From an uncultured Candidatus Saccharibacteria bacterium (GTDB lineage: Bacteria; Patescibacteriota; Saccharimonadia; Saccharimonadales; UBA10212), in the NCBI GenBank assembly GCA_964639445.1, contig CAZXDA010000002.1:1-37645 (forward strand): a stretch of DNA of 37,645 bases. The letters are read 5' to 3'. Both the position numbers and the translations under genes were made by a program. The number at the start of each line of letters is the position of its first letter. The stretch's first letter is position 1. A model generated the notes under the pieces. The model ran no database searches. It worked only from the letters and a program-made list of their open reading frames with translations, and had not been told where the DNA came from. Positions 34,972 through 37,645 of this stretch are shown in pieces.

Positions 34972-35723
34972 GCAAGCCTCTAAAAAGCCTGCGGCGTACC
35001 AAAAAAGCGGCCGTTGCCAGGAGTCACGGTAAAATTACCACGCGTCACCGCGGTGGCGGCGCAAAACGTTTCTATCGAGTAGTTAATTTTGCTCTACCGG
35101 CTGGCACTGAAGCGAAAGTCGAGTCAATAGAATACGATCCTAACCGCAGCGCTGTTACCGCCAGAATAATTGACCAAAAAGGCGGCCATCCCTACGTTTT
35201 GGCCGCCAAAGGCATGAGGCCAGATAAGAAATTTATTGTAGCCGAGGAAGGCTCTATAGAAAGAGGTAATCGTTTGCCGCTAAAAAACATTCCAACCGGA
35301 ACTCCGGTTCACGCGGTCGAGCTTCAGCTGGGTAAGGGCGCTCAACTGGTTCGGTCTGCTGGCACCAGTGCTCAACTCATGGCTAAAGATGAGAAATATG
35401 CTCAGCTTAAACTGCCGAGCGGTGAAGTAAGACAGGTTAGTATTAACGCCATGGCGTCTGTTGGCGTTGTGGGTAACGAGCAGCATCAGAATATCAAGTT
35501 GGGTAAAGCCGGCCGTCGGCGCCGAATGGGTGTCCGCCCGACTGTGCGCGGAGTGGTGATGAACGCTGTCGATCATCCACATGGCGGCGGCGAAGGCAAA
35601 GGTAAGGGCGGTTCTGATCCCCGTACGCCATGGGGTCAAAGAACTTTAGGCTATAAGACCAGGCGGCGTAAAACATCTGATAAACTAATTGTCCGTAGCC
35701 GCCACCAAGGACGAAGGAGATAA
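34968..35723 (+). CDS. rplB: 50S ribosomal protein L2
   Basis: The sequence includes GKITTRHRGGGAKR, IEYDPNRSA and VMNAVDHPHGGGEGK. Confidence 0.95.
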   Translation: MSKPLKSLRRTKKAAVARSHGKITTRHRGGGAKRFYRVVNFALPAGTEAKVESIEYDPNRSAVTARIIDQKGGHPYVLAAKGMRPDKKFIVAEEGSIERGNRLPLKNIPTGTPVHAVELQLGKGAQLVRSAGTSAQLMAKDEKYAQLKLPSGEVRQVSINAMASVGVVGNEQHQNIKLGKAGRRRRMGVRPTVRGVVMNAVDHPHGGGEGKGKGGSDPRTPWGQRTLGYKTRRRKTSDKLIVRSRHQGRRR

Positions 35724-35726
35724 TAG

Positions 35727-36014
35727 ATGAGTAGATCGCTTAAAAAAGGACCGTTTGTAGACCACAAATTGGCTAAGAAGGTTGCGGCTCTAGGGTCGGA
35801 AGATCGCAGCATAATTAAAACCTGGGCGCGGGCTTCGACTATCGCGCCGGAATTTGTCGGCAAAACAATTGCCGTTCATAACGGCAAAGTCCACGTGCCG
35901 GTTTTTATTACTGAGAATATGGTCGGGCATAAGCTGGGTGAGTTTGCGCCTACCCGTAAGTTCCGCGGGCATGGCGGAAAACTAGCTAAGGCTGAGGCGC
36001 AAGGAGCTAAATAA
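35727..36014 (+). CDS. rpsS: 30S ribosomal protein S19
   Basis: The sequence includes [18 protein letters not shown] and [13 protein letters not shown]. Confidence 0.95.
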   Translation: MSRSLKKGPFVDHKLAKKVAALGSEDRSIIKTWARASTIAPEFVGKTIAVHNGKVHVPVFITENMVGHKLGEFAPTRKFRGHGGKLAKAEAQGAK

Positions 36015-36388
36015 TGGCAGTTCAAGCAGTTAGCAAAGGTGTTCGTATGAGCCCGCGCAAGGTAGGTGTGGTAGCCTCTTTAGTGCGTGGACGCAGCGTT
36101 TCTGATGCTTTAACAATCTTAGAGCATACTCCGCGCCGAGCCGCCAAACCTGTGGCTAAAGTTATTAAAAGTGCTCAAGCTAATGCCGAACACAATCACA
36201 GTTACCGCCCGGACAGCCTTTATATTAGCGAGATTGCAGTTACAGCCGGACCGCGCTTTAAGCGTTGGCGGGCAGCAGCCCGTGGTCGCGCTCTGCGCTA
36301 TCAACGCAAAACCAGCCACATTAAAGTCGTAGTTGACGGTCAGAAAAGAGAGGTGAAAAAAACGGTAAAAAGCGAGGTAAAAAAATGA
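36014..36388 (+). CDS. rplV: 50S ribosomal protein L22
   Basis: The sequence includes RMSPRKVGVVASLVRG and GPRFKRWRAAARGRA. Its start overlaps the rpsS stop (TAATG). Confidence 0.93.
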   Translation: MAVQAVSKGVRMSPRKVGVVASLVRGRSVSDALTILEHTPRRAAKPVAKVIKSAQANAEHNHSYRPDSLYISEIAVTAGPRFKRWRAAARGRALRYQRKTSHIKVVVDGQKREVKKTVKSEVKK

Positions 36389-36390
36389 TT

Positions 36391-36529
36391 TTGCGTCAAC
36401 TACTCCGATTTACATTTAGCATTTTACATTTCACATTAATTTCTTATTTTTCATTTACCAATATTAGTAAATTGTTAATTGATAAATTATTGAAAATTAC
36501 TAATTGTAAATTGTTAATTGCGACTCCGA
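36391..36529. repeat. AT-rich (~16% GC) ~110-nt insert between rplV and rpsC, bracketed by the direct repeat TTGCG(...)ACTCCGA and containing internal repeats
   Basis: The brackets are TTGCGtcaactACTCCGA at 36391-36408 and TTGCGACTCCGA at 36518-36529. GTAAATTGTTAATTG occurs twice (36467-81 and 36506-20) and TTTACATTT twice (36409-17 and 36423-31). The near-inverted pair ATTTACATTTAG (36408-19) and CTAATTGTAAAT (36500-11) matches 11/12. Confidence 0.7.
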
Positions 36530-36542
36530 GAGGAGGCGCGTA

Positions 36543-37172
36543 ATGGGTCAGAAAGTAAATCCAATTTCTATGCGCCTGCAGGTCAGCAAAGACTGGCGAT
36601 CCAAGTGGTTTGCTGGCAAAAAAGAATATGCCACCTACCTAAAGCAAGATTTGGCCTCCCGCCGGCTAATTGACGAAAAGCTTGGTTCGCGCGCCGCCAT
36701 CAATAAAGTTGATATCGAACGTTCACCAAATTTGGTGACCATTACCATTCAAACAGCTAAAGCCGGAGTGGTGATTGGTCGTGGCGGCACCGGCGCAGCC
36801 GAGCTAAAAAATGAAATTGAGAAAATTTATGGTGTGCCGGTAAGAGTTAATATTGAAGAGATTAAGCGCGCCGAGCTGCAAGCCAAACTGGTTGCCGAGA
36901 ACATTGCCCGCCAGCTAGAGAAACGTATAGCCTTTAGGCGTGCCATAAAGCAAGCCGCCGCTTCTGCCATGCGGGCCGGCGCCAAAGGCATTAGGATAGA
37001 AATCGCCGGCCGTTTAGGCGGTAACGAAATGAGCCGCCGCGAAAAAGAGATTCAAGGCAGTGTTCCTTTAACTACTCTGCGAGCTGATGTTGATTATGGG
37101 GCCGCGCGTGCGCTTTATCCGGGAGCCGGAATTATTGGCGTAAAAGTCTGGATATATAGAGGTGAAAAGTAA
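36543..37172 (+). CDS. rpsC: 30S ribosomal protein S3
   Basis: It has MGQKVNP, the KH domain GVVIGRGG and [17 protein letters not shown] lies upstream. Confidence 0.95.
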   Translation: MGQKVNPISMRLQVSKDWRSKWFAGKKEYATYLKQDLASRRLIDEKLGSRAAINKVDIERSPNLVTITIQTAKAGVVIGRGGTGAAELKNEIEKIYGVPVRVNIEEIKRAELQAKLVAENIARQLEKRIAFRRAIKQAAASAMRAGAKGIRIEIAGRLGGNEMSRREKEIQGSVPLTTLRADVDYGAARALYPGAGIIGVKVWIYRGEK

Positions 37173-37588
37173 TGTTAATGCCGTCTCGCACCAAGTACCG
37201 CAAAGTGCGTAAGGGCCGTATCCGCGGCGGCGTGGCTACTTCGTTAGACGAGCTGGCCTACGGTAGCTTTGGGCTTGTTAGCCAAGACACCGCTCGTATC
37301 AATAGTCGCCAAATTGAGGCTGCCCGTCAGGCGATGACGCGTTATGTTAAACGCGGTGGACAGATCTGGATCAGAATTTTCCCGCATACACCTGTTACCA
37401 AAAAGCCGCAAGACGTTAAGATGGGCAGCGGTAAAGGCAGCCCGGAGTTTTTTGTAGCCAAAATTAAGCCCGGCACCATTATGTTCGAGATGGATGGAGT
37501 CAGCGAAGAGGTGGCGCGCGAAGCCATGAGGCTGGCTGGCCACAAATTGCCCGCCAAGACCAACTTCTTAGTGAAGAAGGAGAAGTAA
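37172..37588 (+). CDS. rplP: 50S ribosomal protein L16
   Basis: The sequence includes [11 protein letters not shown] and [10 protein letters not shown]...[10 protein letters not shown]. Its start overlaps the rpsC stop (TAATG). Confidence 0.95.
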   Translation: MLMPSRTKYRKVRKGRIRGGVATSLDELAYGSFGLVSQDTARINSRQIEAARQAMTRYVKRGGQIWIRIFPHTPVTKKPQDVKMGSGKGSPEFFVAKIKPGTIMFEMDGVSEEVAREAMRLAGHKLPAKTNFLVKKEK

Positions 37589-37590
37589 GG

Positions 37591-37645
37591 ATGACCCCGA
37601 TTAGAAGTAGCACGACTACGTCTAGCTCTGATTCTCTTAAGCAGA
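37591..37645 (+). CDS. 5' end of an ORF running off the window; by synteny possibly L29, but the sequence is not diagnostic
   Basis: The ATG at 37591 follows AAGGAGAAGTAAGG and gives MTPIRSSTTTSSSDSLKQ. Only its position after rplP supports rpmC. Confidence 0.3.
   Translation, partial: MTPIRSSTTTSSSDSLKQ

Noticed and set aside
36467-36520. A possible CRISPR-like array in the AT-rich spacer.
   Set aside because: There are only two 15-bp repeats with one 24-nt spacer, no cas genes, and repeats far shorter than CRISPR repeats.

Overview
This is a gene-dense chromosomal segment of roughly 45-50% GC by eye. It comes from a small-genome bacterium with a Gram-positive-type cell wall (class A PBP plus MurT/GatD). 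Short core proteins and missing domains fit a CPR/Saccharibacteria-like lineage, but that taxonomic call is inference. The standard genetic code applies, because TGA is used as a stop (rplV, rplC, the GT4 gene).

Gene order: radA (split by a frameshift) | PBP1A (-) | tyrS-murT-gatD-recG-rsmD-P-loop protein | a ~1.6 kb compositionally mosaic islet abutting tRNA-Leu(UAG) (-) | membrane protein (-) | hisS-tig | CIRCE-clpP | rpoB-rpoC | rpsL-rpsG-[orf72]-fusA-[GDE-like hydrolase, GT4 glycosyltransferase, orf118]-tuf-[orf95, orf116]-rpsJ-[~190 nt long hairpin, GNAT]-rplC-rplD-rplW-rplB-rpsS-rplV-[AT-rich 110 nt insert]-rpsC-rplP-(start of rpmC?).

No CRISPR array, rRNA, transposase or integrase is visible.

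Most noteworthy observations:
1. The str/S10 ribosomal super-operon is interrupted at five junctions by orphan genes and two small repeat-flanked non-coding elements.
2. A high-GC (about 70%) foreign fragment and orphan genes lie at the 3' end of tRNA-Leu.
3. A perfect CIRCE (HrcA) operator sits on the clpP promoter.
4. TGnTAnAAT extended -10 boxes recur 6-8 nt before ATG codons, which suggests leaderless mRNAs. One case is a palindromic bidirectional box in a 21-bp divergent gap.
5. Core enzymes lack canonical motifs or domains: RpoC lacks both zinc sites, MurT has no cysteine, TyrRS has TIGN instead of HIGH, and trigger factor lacks its PPIase domain.

I cannot assign a function to any of the orphan cassettes. 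They are flagged as candidates, not as a demonstrated new system.
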